The notes under the pieces: generated by a model
Told to the model about the DNA's origin: nothing
Databases searched by the model: none
Seen by the model: only the letters and a program-made list of their open reading frames with translations
Shown here: piece after piece, positions 10,001 to 18,101 of the stretch
Layout of the letters: each line of letters starts with the position of its first letter
How positions within the stretch are numbered: the first letter of the stretch is position 1
Made by a program: the position numbers and the translations under genes
Assembly (NCBI GenBank): GCA_964410905.1
Contig: CAYPIR010000002.1
Location: 78,665-142,664 of the forward strand
Direction: 5' to 3'
DNA from: an uncultured bacterium
GTDB lineage: Bacteria; Omnitrophota; Omnitrophia; Omnitrophales; Aquincolibacteriaceae
Length of the DNA: 64,000 bases

Positions 10001-13000
10001 TTAGAAAGAGTATCGTTAGAAGTGATGCAATTTGTAAATGTACAGGGAGATTTTTATGATGAGGAAGGTTATTTTAAGAATGTGTCGGAGGCTTGGAAAG
10101 AAGCTAGACGATGTTTGAATGGATATTCGGAAATAGCCTCGGAAGAAAAACAAAACCGCATTAAAGATGTTGATGTTCGCTTGTATCGTCTAGCGTCGCG
10201 TTTGGCGGGTCTTTTTGAGGCTAAGGAAGTTGCTGTTGTCGAAGAAATAGGGAAGGTTGAAAAAATAAATGACGCGGATGATTTTGAGGGATTTGTCTCT
10301 GATCTTTTGTATAGGCTTAATAAAGACAGTTCGAATTATATTTTTTTGACAGAGATTTTAAAAAATCCACAAAAATATGAAACGAATTTTTTAAATCATA
10401 TTGGCAAAATGATTCTTGGTAAATTAAGCGAAGACTTTGATTCTGCGAAGCAGTTTGTGGATTCTTCTCAGCTGATTTTAGATAAAGAAGGGTTTATGTC
10501 TTGGCGCAAGGCGTTAGTTGAAAACAACAGCATGTTTGTGAAGGAGTTTGAAAAGATTGTGCCAAAAAGAAAAGATGTTTCCATAGATCTTTATGGACAA
10601 ATGCTCTTTTTTATCGGAGAGGGATTTGATCGTTATTTTGAAATTATTTATGACAAGCTTATTGGAACAAAACCTCCTGTAGCTATTTATAACCCTAAAC
10701 GTTCATATCATGCGCGTGCAATGAGCTCGGTTCATATGCGGACAAAGCATTTGCTTTTTGGCGAGAAAACAGCAGACGATAAATATAAAGACAGCCGAAT
10801 AACATACTTGGATGACGAATTTGATCAGCGGTCGTCCGCCAACGCGGAAAAAGTAAAAAAAGCAATTAATATATGGAAAGATGTCGCGGCTAAAGACAAA
10901 CTCGAAATGCTGAGAAGAATAGACAATTTTCTCGAGACAACTTGGGTTGAAGAAATTGCGGAGCAAGGTGAAAAAATATCACCACTTGTGTTGATAGTGG
11001 CTGATGCGGAAGCAAACGTTGCGCGTGTTGTCCACACCGACAGATTGTCCAGGACATTGTTTTTTACTAAAGCGTATTTAGACACGTTAGATATAAATAA
11101 CGATGCTGACATGAGAGAACTGGCTGTTTGGCTTAATGTAAGCCAGAACTGGTTAGACCAGAGCGAAAAGAAATCAGCAGATGTGTCGAATTTGGAAAAC
11201 GATAGAAAAGTAGAAGACAATAAACAAGATTTGAATCGCCGTTTTTTTGAATTGGAAGACACGGGGCTGCTTTCCACGGATGAATTAAAACAAAGGCTTA
11301 GCCGTTTGATGAGAAATCATATTTTGAATCGATATCATTTTTTTGTAGGACGAGTGGCAGAAAAAGAAGAGCAGGCTTTCAAGTTGATAAAACTGGGAGA
11401 ACAGCGGATTCGTGATTTCTCCAAACATCCCGAATGGAATGAAGTCGTGGAATTGCGAGATCCTTTTCGCGATGCGGTAAAACCGCTTAAGGATTTAATT
11501 TTTCAATATGAGGCAATGGGAATGCGCAAGCAAGTTGATATTGCGTTTCAGCGTTTTCTTTACGCTATTTCAATGGTGCAGAAATTTGATCCAGGCGGAC
11601 TTTTGCCTTGGGGATTCCAGGTGGATTTGATTTTTATGTCCCTCAGACTTGATTATTGGGGACACTTTAAAAATGAAGTCGAGCTGTTTCTTACAGGCAG
11701 AGAATCGGATACTTGGGAGCCGAATGCGCGGGAAAATCAAGAAGAACAAAAAAGTTGGAAACGCGGATTTTGGAGAAGAGGGTTTCCAAGAAAGTTTTCA
11801 TCAATTAATGCTTACGAAATAGAATATTACTCGCTGCGCGCTAATGGTTGGCGTTTTTTTAGGCGTCTAAAATTAGAAATGATGGCGCAACTGAGTGCTT
11901 CATATCCTGAGCACCGCTTAAAGCGAAGTGCTATAGTGCGAAGCATTTACGAGCTTCTTGAAGAGTCGCAAAAGAATCCTTTGAAAAGTTTGAAAGAAAA
12001 GATAGCCGCACGAGGAGAGGCTTTAGAACTCGAAGAACTTTTCCCTAAGGCGCGGTCAGTGGAGCGTGAAATAAATCCGCTTGGAAGCAAGCTTGAAACA
12101 GGGGATGGAATGGTAGTTTACGATATTGAAAACGCAAAGAGTCGTCCAAGTGATTTGTTTGAAGAAGAAAAGCCTTGGTGGGTTTGGGGAGGCTCTAGCG
12201 GGCTTATCCGTTATTCGTCTTGGTGGAACGCGTTTCGTAGCCTTTTGCATGTTTATGAAACGGAGTTTAATCGTCTGCCTAAGCATCCCGAGGCGAAAAA
12301 CAAGTTAAATAAATGGAAAAATGTTTTTGCCAAAGACTTGTTGGAAATCGGGGGAATGAAATTTGATAAGTTGAAAACAAAACTAAGCTTGATTGAAACA
12401 AAATTGAGCGAAGGAAACATTGATGCTGTCCGGAAAAACGCGTTTGGTTTGAGACGACTCAGATGGCTGCGTTCAGAGCCTGAATTAAAACCCATGATAA
12501 ATCTTGCGGAGGAAATAAGCCGTTTGGCGGAGGATTCGCCTATTCGTAATAAAATAAAAATGGAAGAAGTAATTAAAAAGTTGAAAGAACGGCTTGCTCT
12601 GGCGGAAAGTTTGATAACCTTTCTAAGGGTTTATCACGAGATTTATTTTAAGTTGAGAATGGAAGAACAAGTACCGCATAGCTTTGCGGTTGATAAGGCT
12701 TTTAGAATGTCTTTAGAGAAATGTCGGGAAACGACAGACGCGATGAAATTACTTTTCTTTCAGTTTGTTTATTTTTCCAGAAAAAGAAACGCAAGTGATT
12801 TTGAATGGTTGTCGCATGTGATTATGTCGACTTTTGTCCGAAAGAACACACAACAAATGCTGCTTCCTCTCGATGAATCTTTCGTGATTCCCCAAAATGT
12901 GGAACGGCAAGCGTTGCCTGAAATTGTCAATGTGTTTATTCGAGTTTTGGATCTTCACAAAGATTTAATTACCCCAAATGGCTATGAGAAAATAGACATT

Positions 13001-13924
13001 GATGGAGCTGTTTTCCGTTCGGAAACTAGAGCGAAAATAATCGAGACTATTGTCGGGAGTGCTGTTGAAAATAAAAAACCGAATGATGAAACCGTTCAAA
13101 AATTCCGCTCGGAAATTTACAGCGAGGGGTTGGAAACAATAGAGAAGCGGCTTTGGGACGCATTTAACAATGTTTTTATCCCGACCGCGATGGCGAATAT
13201 AACGTCCGATGGGCTATTGGTGAACGCTTATGCCGAATTGGAGAAAATGCTTGTTGAAAGTAAAATTTCTTCAACCGAATTTAGCAACGCGGCGGATTTT
13301 ATATTTAACAACCAATTGAAAAGTCTTAGTGAATCTATAGAAAAAAAAGAGATAGAGGTCGCCGCGCCGATTATATTTTATTCGAATACGGAAATTATGC
13401 GTAATAGGCTGTTTGAATTTATTAAAACTATTCAGCAAGGCTTAGAATCGAATAATTATCAAATCTTTATTGTTTGTGAAAGCCGCAAAGAAGTTCAATC
13501 TCTTAGGACAGAACTTGGGCAACGGAAAATGTCGCAAGGGGTGAGAGTTTTAGGGGAAGAGGGAATGGATAACGCGGTCGAAGAAATGAGGAAATCTGTT
13601 TTTGAAAATAAAAAATTCAGTGAATCTTTTGGAGCTTTCTTTCCTTCAGGCGATGTGGCGATGAAAGTTACTGATTGGAAGCGTAAGGTTCATAACGAAA
13701 TTCCTGAAGAGTATGCTATGTTATTGCTGCCCGCGCTTACGAAATATTTTGCGGTGACACGAAACAAGGATTTGAACAGTGAAACTCTTGCCATCGCTTT
13801 GCAAAAAGCGTTTCCTGATATTTCTTCTTCTGTTAAATTTCAAACAGAACGCGGGATTGTCATTGCTATAGAGGTTTTGCAATCTATCATAGCCGCTGTT
13901 CGGCAGATTGCGACAGCTGCGTAG
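4022..13924 (+). CDS. giant 3300-aa multidomain protein: signal peptide/anchor + TraB/TIKI-like + HPr-like + GT2 glycosyltransferase + kinase-like + long unassigned helical C-terminal region
   Basis: One uninterrupted 9903-nt ORF. All antisense ORFs across it are short and low-complexity. The N-terminus has a basic n-region, a hydrophobic stretch and AFA-TP. The embedded domains are listed as separate features below. Confidence 0.8.
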   Translation: MMPNLMKKHLSKTSIQSWIESRFVRRLVASLVGVFFISSNILYPTAFATPKPIALQEKIQKKDGFEIPESLGTVISTSLNAQEKIPNVFLIQDAHAIPSAQKNLGKLTQYLQENYGIQTVALEGADGEIDATLFKTFPDKQKRDGFFNDLLERGEISGVATASVLSQFPSKYIGLEDWALYQKGTESFLKSMETKSEKIGELELLKQNLQKLKNKYFSKELLEFNYEQTRWEEETRNIASFLKYLLRYKNLADTESEILNILKIIDEENKELDAQTNAEIKALAERIEKKLKDKTEIIKFNKLKQEVQTSQINKIEFLSESVKLLPEEIADVSPTVWQKVLQHRRLNALTGKEFLNSLESFLENVEKNLIFSNAEKQILKMDEQLLLLGKLFRLELTRGSLKKIKKFFSENVSSKNADIAELNESIYKFAKNSSNDVFYNFYNIAEERETVFEQKLFLLKNLSDVLVVLGGFHTDAVAEKLRSKNISYAIISPVIKDIPADDRYLKQMTGNVSWSKYFVLNNGQINLYDSLARAFVDNVRVKGNVEDAKLWRNEIIRLLAGQKRVSEYGKYAAYIADENFKKKKSEWIVKLQSFIERLKFFDRNGQLTEQNIASIFAAQTHQTPYAVASFVPNTQIQVSFPSAQNDKTVRSESRTDFETRRSFRFNNHYGIHIRPSSLLADFAWKSFEKLGLKVSIRKNNEELIPMTSTFLIRELGIASGDQIEILIEGEQPQTLREQVANLIEQVISDSNMLEEEGIENPKYELYVEKLNKISEQQTFDIDDAAQSALENSNGRFLSWIAEKGFGGIVSFANAAADHFSNIGKKSLDVDFDEIEFYYQNEIVRGYPSIKSRMLGIVNTKGIFIFNARVQDEKNALAFGIYPEDYQPSSRSGSVVKMRHKNIPNPGHGDGVLECVFQNVGEVPKLLMVPVFPGRKAAAEDFRKYTSDAARLARFLIVAGMPKATRLDEATQYDIVDFIKKGGGDIRSEQLQTLNDLIRLDEEDFLESNFENDADEQIQRSETRGKSDSRQNLGEIEFYVRDEMKSKEETKKFLAEINASNREYIFVAKQPEETLQINFGVRGSDFHDELGSEIEGSLSGVIYSESGEREIILVPNFENRVFGNFGKAIKDIKRVSGILIENGLSKDIKIGKGNKNGIAKLYRQAFDSEPPSLPETLGDLAELITKDEIDARRVQESIAKSEVRSYSESNFINKSLNAMKKLPPAVNGKPQKVSVVISTKNGDRFFSPEENRNGQDSLLVKIEQLQELFSLNPSYDWELIIVDDNSPDGRTGKRILEKAKLLYPDDVEKGKIRVLFSQNKESRKGGAIVYGISDALSEYSDYIVYTDVDLSTDLRQIGLLLNSLVVEKNGIAIGSRRLKKSQTIGRTNYREFSSWFYNNLVGLILPLLRNIKDTQCGFKAMSRDAALETMPFVKDFGMSFDTEILLLAREKGLSIEEIPIYWEDYRGGTSIVVASETLKMIQGLLDQSLRHQIRESQYWPIGTQKPLAMIATQAAKEAISVLKAILKGFMPLREIAERPSGVKIGEELRSIENSKKNLAEFIKNGTKGKFWAEDKTSVEDKIAIINSDYGINLLSDSEVVLLEGFSDRPQRPILITAQDGKQYVFRRFFTDLEKTKFVVSYQKHFNQKNIDEVPRLIPRKNMSGDRAEDYVSKIGDYYYVLEEARFEGHIVDYKDATEKHFETIGKTIARFQNISDGFAPEGEKTDETLIGVLKARDDLETLLKLTKRKSEIAGFENLSSAEKIFIKAIPFLLQQMEILSANLPESLYEQLPQALTECDIGFHNMRFSENGEDAPSVYDFELVRKQPRIQDFRNSMTTFGMSTGRRYDRKLMEGILGGYEKAIKTPLTEEEKRAIPEIIRGTFLWTFVGLFFVQEEKINNNENLRKTVELSFADFQKFAEDFSSGNIIGLSSDAAQGDGAIRSENLSDDYRPSLMAELLFISNQIEDIQIILNELRKFRHSDEEQQALEKIEQALERVSLEVMQFVNVQGDFYDEEGYFKNVSEAWKEARRCLNGYSEIASEEKQNRIKDVDVRLYRLASRLAGLFEAKEVAVVEEIGKVEKINDADDFEGFVSDLLYRLNKDSSNYIFLTEILKNPQKYETNFLNHIGKMILGKLSEDFDSAKQFVDSSQLILDKEGFMSWRKALVENNSMFVKEFEKIVPKRKDVSIDLYGQMLFFIGEGFDRYFEIIYDKLIGTKPPVAIYNPKRSYHARAMSSVHMRTKHLLFGEKTADDKYKDSRITYLDDEFDQRSSANAEKVKKAINIWKDVAAKDKLEMLRRIDNFLETTWVEEIAEQGEKISPLVLIVADAEANVARVVHTDRLSRTLFFTKAYLDTLDINNDADMRELAVWLNVSQNWLDQSEKKSADVSNLENDRKVEDNKQDLNRRFFELEDTGLLSTDELKQRLSRLMRNHILNRYHFFVGRVAEKEEQAFKLIKLGEQRIRDFSKHPEWNEVVELRDPFRDAVKPLKDLIFQYEAMGMRKQVDIAFQRFLYAISMVQKFDPGGLLPWGFQVDLIFMSLRLDYWGHFKNEVELFLTGRESDTWEPNARENQEEQKSWKRGFWRRGFPRKFSSINAYEIEYYSLRANGWRFFRRLKLEMMAQLSASYPEHRLKRSAIVRSIYELLEESQKNPLKSLKEKIAARGEALELEELFPKARSVEREINPLGSKLETGDGMVVYDIENAKSRPSDLFEEEKPWWVWGGSSGLIRYSSWWNAFRSLLHVYETEFNRLPKHPEAKNKLNKWKNVFAKDLLEIGGMKFDKLKTKLSLIETKLSEGNIDAVRKNAFGLRRLRWLRSEPELKPMINLAEEISRLAEDSPIRNKIKMEEVIKKLKERLALAESLITFLRVYHEIYFKLRMEEQVPHSFAVDKAFRMSLEKCRETTDAMKLLFFQFVYFSRKRNASDFEWLSHVIMSTFVRKNTQQMLLPLDESFVIPQNVERQALPEIVNVFIRVLDLHKDLITPNGYEKIDIDGAVFRSETRAKIIETIVGSAVENKKPNDETVQKFRSEIYSEGLETIEKRLWDAFNNVFIPTAMANITSDGLLVNAYAELEKMLVESKISSTEFSNAADFIFNNQLKSLSESIEKKEIEVAAPIIFYSNTEIMRNRLFEFIKTIQQGLESNNYQIFIVCESRKEVQSLRTELGQRKMSQGVRVLGEEGMDNAVEEMRKSVFENKKFSESFGAFFPSGDVAMKVTDWKRKVHNEIPEEYAMLLLPALTKYFAVTRNKDLNSETLAIALQKAFPDISSSVKFQTERGIVIAIEVLQSIIAAVRQIATAA
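4270..5530 (+). other. TraB/GumN/TIKI-like domain inside the giant ORF, with a large coiled-coil insertion
   Basis: The N-terminal motif VFLIQDAHAIPS matches the family GTxHV signature. The following …TVALEG… matches V.vEl. The C-terminal motif DVLVVLGGFHTDAVAEKLRSKNISYAII matches vvVGagHl.G…L…Gy.v. Confidence 0.35.
5996..6270 (+). other. HPr-like phosphocarrier domain inside the giant ORF
   Basis: FRFNNHYGIHIRPSSLLADFAWKSFEKLGLKVSIRKNNEELIPMTSTFLIRELGIASGDQIEILIEGEQPQTL aligns to the HPr consensus N..GlHARPA…KS.m.lm.LGi..G..i.i.aeG.de. The active-site His in GIHIRP is conserved. Confidence 0.6.
7710..8480 (+). other. GT2 glycosyltransferase domain (DPM1/GtrB-like) inside the giant ORF
   Basis: VSVVISTKNG…WELIIVDDNSPDGRTG (DXD), GGAIVYGISDA…DYIVYTDVDLSTD, and QCGFKAMSRDAALE are typical GT2 family-2 motifs. 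Confidence 0.7.
8800..9700 (+). other. protein-kinase-like (APH/choline-kinase family) domain inside the giant ORF, possibly catalytically atypical
   Basis: The N-lobe LLEGFSDRPQRPILITAQDGKQYVFRRF matches the PF01636 consensus L.gG.sN..y.v...dg..yVlRr. The catalytic segment IGFHNMRFSENGEDAPSVYDFE has Brenner-motif H-N-M in place of H-N-D, with the conserved Asn and DFE retained. Confidence 0.4.
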
Positions 13925-13943
13925 CCGTTCTAGATAATTACAT

Positions 13944-13978
13944 AATTCTGGACACTGCAAAGCAGTCGTTCCAGAATT
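13944..13978 (+). terminator. 9-bp perfect stem-loop 20 nt after the giant ORF stop, with no U-tract
   Basis: AATTCTGGA-N17-TCCAGAATT, with an inner ACTGC-aaa-GCAGT hairpin. No T-run follows, so this may be a 3' stabiliser or a Rho-dependent site rather than an intrinsic terminator. Confidence 0.3.
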
Positions 13979-14157
13979 CCTGCTCTATTGAACATTATGC
14001 ACTATATAAAACATGCATTAATTCCAAGCCTCTTCGCTTTTTGAGGCATCGTTTGTCATCAATGTCGGTTTTATACCGTGTTTTTACCCATCCGCAATTA
14101 TGTCCACATTTACTCACTGTTTTGTATAAATTTTTTTTATGCTACAATTCATAGCTT

Positions 14158-17100
14158 ATGACGAGCCCACTTTTAAAACGACTTAGCGAAAAAGTTTTGA
14201 TTCTCGACGGAGCAGTTGGAACTAATATTCAAAAATTCAATCTCAAGCCCGAAGATTTTGGAGGTTATGAAGGCTGCACTGAAGCGTTGAATCTCTTTAG
14301 ACCTGATGTAGTCAGCGATATTCATGAAAGTTTTTTAAAAATCGGCTGCGACGCGATCGAGACAAATACATTTGGCGCTAGCCGAGTAGTCCTCGCCGAG
14401 TATGGCCTTCAAGATAAAGTTGTCCAAATAAATGAAAAAGCCGCGCGTATCGCGAAAGAAATAGCCCAAAAATATTCTACTCCGGAAAAATCTAGGTTTG
14501 TCGTCGGTTCTGTCGGGCCGGGGACAAAATTGCCATCATTGGGACATATTAGTTTTGATGAACTAAAAGATTCTTATAAAGAACAATATCAAGGGCTTAT
14601 TGTGGGCGGCGTTGACGCGATATTGATAGAAACCTGCCAGGATATTTTGCAAGCAAAGATAGCGATTATCGCCGCCGTTGAATGCTTTAAAACCATAGGC
14701 AAAAGACTCCCGATATTCGCGCAGGTAACTTTTGAAGCTTCGGGCACGATGTTGCTCGGAACGGAAATAGAGTCAGTAATCGCTACTTTGGAAATGTTTC
14801 CCGTAGATGTTATTGGGATTAATTGCGCTACGGGACCGAAGGAAATGGAGAAGATAGTTCGCGTTTTGAGCGAAAAAACTACAAAGTTTATTTCCGTATT
14901 GCCTAACGCGGGACTTCCGGAAAACAGAGATGGAGTCGCGCATTATCATTTAACTCCGGATGAACTTGCTGATTTTCACGAGAGATTTGTTAAGGAATAC
15001 GGCGTAACAATCGTTGGCGGATGCTGCGGGACTACGCCTGAGCATTTAAAAGCGGTTGTGGAACGCGTACAAAATGTTGTTCCCAAAAAACGAGAAGTAA
15101 AACGCGAACCATCGTGTTCCTGCCTATATAACGTTTCCGCGTATAAACAAGAACCTGCGCCGCTTATGATTGGCGAGCAAACAAATGCCAATGGAAGCAA
15201 AAAGTTTCGCGAGCTATTAGACAAGGAAGATTTTGACGCGATAACGGAAGTTGCGAAAGAAGCGGTGAGAGAGGGCGCGAAGGTGGTTGATTTGTGCGTG
15301 GCTTATGTTGGCCGTGATGAAAAAAAAGATATGTCGGAGGCGATAACGCGATTTAATCAACAAGTAACAGTTCCCATAATGGTTGATTCCACGGAGGCGG
15401 ATGTCATTGAAGAGGCCTTGAAACGCGTAGCGGGAAAACCGATTATTAATTCAATTAATTTGGAAGACGGCGGCGCGCGACTTCGCAAGATTTGTCCGCT
15501 TGCCAAAAAATACGGAGCGGCGCTTGTGGCTCTTACTATAGATGAGCGCGGAATGGCGAAAACTTGGGAAGAAAAAATTCGTGTTATGAGACGAATTTAT
15601 CAAATGGCGACGCAACAATATGGAATTCGTCCAGAAGATCTGTTTTTTGACTTACTGACCTTTACTGTGGGGAGCGGAAGCGAAGAATTTAGAACGGCTG
15701 CAATTGAGACTTTGAAAGCGCTTCGTAAATTAAAAAAAGATTATCCTGACGTTCAAACTATTTTGGGGGTGAGCAATATTTCTTTTGGACTTTCTCCCGC
15801 CGCGCGGCAAACGCTTAATAGTGTTTTCCTGCATGAATGCGTTGAAGCGGGACTTGATGCCGCAATCGTAAATGCAAAAAAAATTATTCCATTTTTTAAA
15901 ATATCGACAAATGACCTGGATGCCGCGAAAAGACTTTTGCGCAATCAGTGGATTGACGGCAAAGATCCTCTGCAAGCATACATCGAGCGGTTTACTGAGG
16001 AAAAAACAGCTGAGAGGTTGTCCGCGGCGGAAGATTCTTCGATAGAAGAAATTTTAAAAGCGCATATTCGCGATGGAAATTCAGTAGAACTTGATTCGCA
16101 TTTAAAAGACGCATTGAAAAAATATAAACCGCTTGAGATTATTAATAAATTCCTGTTAGAAGGAATGAAAGAAGTTGGAGAACTGTTCGCTGAAGGAAAA
16201 ACGCAGCTGCCGTTTGTTCTTCAGTCTGCTGAAACAATGAAAAAAGCCGTGGCGATTTTAGAACCTCGAATGGAAAAACAATCGAGCGTGGAACGCGGGC
16301 GTATTGTTCTCGCGACTGTTCAGGGCGATGTCCACGATATTGGGAAAAATCTCGTTGATATTCTTTTGACAAATAATGGTTATAAGGTTTTTAACATCGG
16401 GATCAAACAATCGGTAGACGCAATTGTGAACGCGGCGATTGAATCCAAAGCCGATGCCATTGGACTTTCTGGGCTTTTAGTTAAATCCACGTATATTATG
16501 AAAGAAAATTTGGAGGAAATGCGCAGACGCAGAATATCTATTCCTGTTATATGCGGCGGAGCGGCGCTCAATGAACAATATGTTAAAGAAGTGCTTGACG
16601 CGGCATACGGGTCTCCTGTTTTTTATGCCCGCGACGCGTTCTCCAGTCTTCGCATTATGGAGTCTATAAAAGGTCGCAGCTCTGAGGCGACTGCGAAGGA
16701 AACGCCGAAAGAAAATAAAAAAGAGGAAATCGCGCCCAACCTTAAAATCGAAAGCGCGCAATCGAATGTGCCTAAAATTGATACGGGCACACAGTTCCAA
16801 GACAATAATAAGAAAAAAACAAACTCGAATGTCTTGCGGCGAGTTGACGGCGTTCCTTATGGCGAATTGAAGGCGAAGGGACCGGAGTTTTTCATCCATC
16901 GCGACAATTTCATTCCTGAGCCGCCGTTCTGGGGCTATCGGGTTATGAAAAATATAAAATTGAAGGAAGTATTGGCTTGGGTAAATAAGCATGTTCTCTA
17001 TAGATCTCAATGGCAATTTAAGCAAGGCGACAGAACGTCCCGCGAGTTTGATTTTTATTTGGAAGAAAATGTTCGCCCGATTTTTGAAAGGTTTTCTTTG

Positions 17101-17700
17101 CTCGCCATAAAAGACAAAGTTTTTGAGCCCGCGATTATTTATGGATTTTATCACTGCTATTCTGAAAACAATGACTTGGTTATCGTTGACGGTTCGGGAA
17201 AGGCAGAATTGACTCGATTTTCTTTCCCACGGCAGACGAAAGAACCGCGTCAATGTATTTCCGATTTCTTTTTGCCTAAGGGCGAGAAACTCGATGTAGT
17301 GGCTTTGCAAGCGGTAACTATTGGTAAGCGCGCTAATGAATACGGTGAAAAATTGTATAAGAAAAATCGCTATGCTGAATATTTTTATTTGCATGGACTT
17401 TCGACCGCGACGGCGGAAGCGTTGGCGGAATATACTCACAAGATGATACGGACAGAATTGAGCATTAGCACGATGGATAAAAAAACAAAAGATGATATTT
17501 TTAGGCAAGGCTATCAAGGCGCGAGATACAGTTTGGGCTACGCGGCATGTCCTAATTTGGAAGATCATAAAAAAATTTTTGAGCTTCTACCTGCGCAAAA
17601 AATCGGTATATCGCTTAGCGAATCTTTGCAGCTTTTCCCTGAGCAATCAACAACCGCGATAATAATACACCACCCGCAAGCGAAATATTTTTCAGTATAA
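14158..17700 (+). CDS. metH: cobalamin-dependent methionine synthase
   Basis: 1180 aa with all four modules: Hcy methyltransferase (LILDGAVGT), pterin-binding, B12-binding (GDVHDIGKN) and the C-terminal AdoMet activation domain. Confidence 0.9.
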   Translation: MTSPLLKRLSEKVLILDGAVGTNIQKFNLKPEDFGGYEGCTEALNLFRPDVVSDIHESFLKIGCDAIETNTFGASRVVLAEYGLQDKVVQINEKAARIAKEIAQKYSTPEKSRFVVGSVGPGTKLPSLGHISFDELKDSYKEQYQGLIVGGVDAILIETCQDILQAKIAIIAAVECFKTIGKRLPIFAQVTFEASGTMLLGTEIESVIATLEMFPVDVIGINCATGPKEMEKIVRVLSEKTTKFISVLPNAGLPENRDGVAHYHLTPDELADFHERFVKEYGVTIVGGCCGTTPEHLKAVVERVQNVVPKKREVKREPSCSCLYNVSAYKQEPAPLMIGEQTNANGSKKFRELLDKEDFDAITEVAKEAVREGAKVVDLCVAYVGRDEKKDMSEAITRFNQQVTVPIMVDSTEADVIEEALKRVAGKPIINSINLEDGGARLRKICPLAKKYGAALVALTIDERGMAKTWEEKIRVMRRIYQMATQQYGIRPEDLFFDLLTFTVGSGSEEFRTAAIETLKALRKLKKDYPDVQTILGVSNISFGLSPAARQTLNSVFLHECVEAGLDAAIVNAKKIIPFFKISTNDLDAAKRLLRNQWIDGKDPLQAYIERFTEEKTAERLSAAEDSSIEEILKAHIRDGNSVELDSHLKDALKKYKPLEIINKFLLEGMKEVGELFAEGKTQLPFVLQSAETMKKAVAILEPRMEKQSSVERGRIVLATVQGDVHDIGKNLVDILLTNNGYKVFNIGIKQSVDAIVNAAIESKADAIGLSGLLVKSTYIMKENLEEMRRRRISIPVICGGAALNEQYVKEVLDAAYGSPVFYARDAFSSLRIMESIKGRSSEATAKETPKENKKEEIAPNLKIESAQSNVPKIDTGTQFQDNNKKKTNSNVLRRVDGVPYGELKAKGPEFFIHRDNFIPEPPFWGYRVMKNIKLKEVLAWVNKHVLYRSQWQFKQGDRTSREFDFYLEENVRPIFERFSLLAIKDKVFEPAIIYGFYHCYSENNDLVIVDGSGKAELTRFSFPRQTKEPRQCISDFFLPKGEKLDVVALQAVTIGKRANEYGEKLYKKNRYAEYFYLHGLSTATAEALAEYTHKMIRTELSISTMDKKTKDDIFRQGYQGARYSLGYAACPNLEDHKKIFELLPAQKIGISLSESLQLFPEQSTTAIIIHHPQAKYFSV

Positions 17701-17738
17701 AATAAACAAAGACAAATTTAAATTAAGGAGCGAGTGCT

Positions 17739-18101
17739 ATGTCAGATAAAGACATTCGATTTAGTGAAAAAAAAGTAGATGACAGCTGGAAAGAGCAAGT
17801 CGAAACTGCGAAAGAGCAATGCGCGCCTAAAAACACTGAGGCAAATAAGCCGCCGGAGAAAACCTCAAAACTTTTTCTGGGTCTTCTGCAATCCTTAGGT
17901 TATCAAGCTTTGATGCATCTTGGCGAAATTCCGGATCCCACAACTCAAGAGCGAACGATAAATAGTGAAGGCGCGAAAGAAGCCATAGAGCTTTTGATGA
18001 TGTTGAAAGACAAAACGGCAGACAATCTAAGCGATGATGAGAAAAAAACGCTTGAAACACTTTTGACGCAGCTTCAAATAAAATTTTCTCAAGTCGTATG
18101 A
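17739..18101 (+). CDS. DUF1844-family small protein
   Basis: LGLLQSLGYQALMHLGEIPDPTTQE…AKEAIELLMMLKDKTADNLSDDEKKTLE matches the DUF1844 pattern hLGeiPdP.tge…ldlL.mL..KT.gNL…E. Recalled from memory, not searched. Confidence 0.45.
   Translation: MSDKDIRFSEKKVDDSWKEQVETAKEQCAPKNTEANKPPEKTSKLFLGLLQSLGYQALMHLGEIPDPTTQERTINSEGAKEAIELLMMLKDKTADNLSDDEKKTLETLLTQLQIKFSQVV

Noticed and set aside
13925-14157. Cobalamin or SAM riboswitch in the metH leader
   Set aside because: No B12 box (GCCACTG) and no S-box conserved helices found by eye. Only generic hairpins.
16477-17568. 363-aa minus-strand ORF
   Set aside because: Lies entirely antisense to metH, which has unambiguous domain motifs along its whole length. 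It is low-complexity and Arg/Phe-rich, consistent with an antisense artefact.
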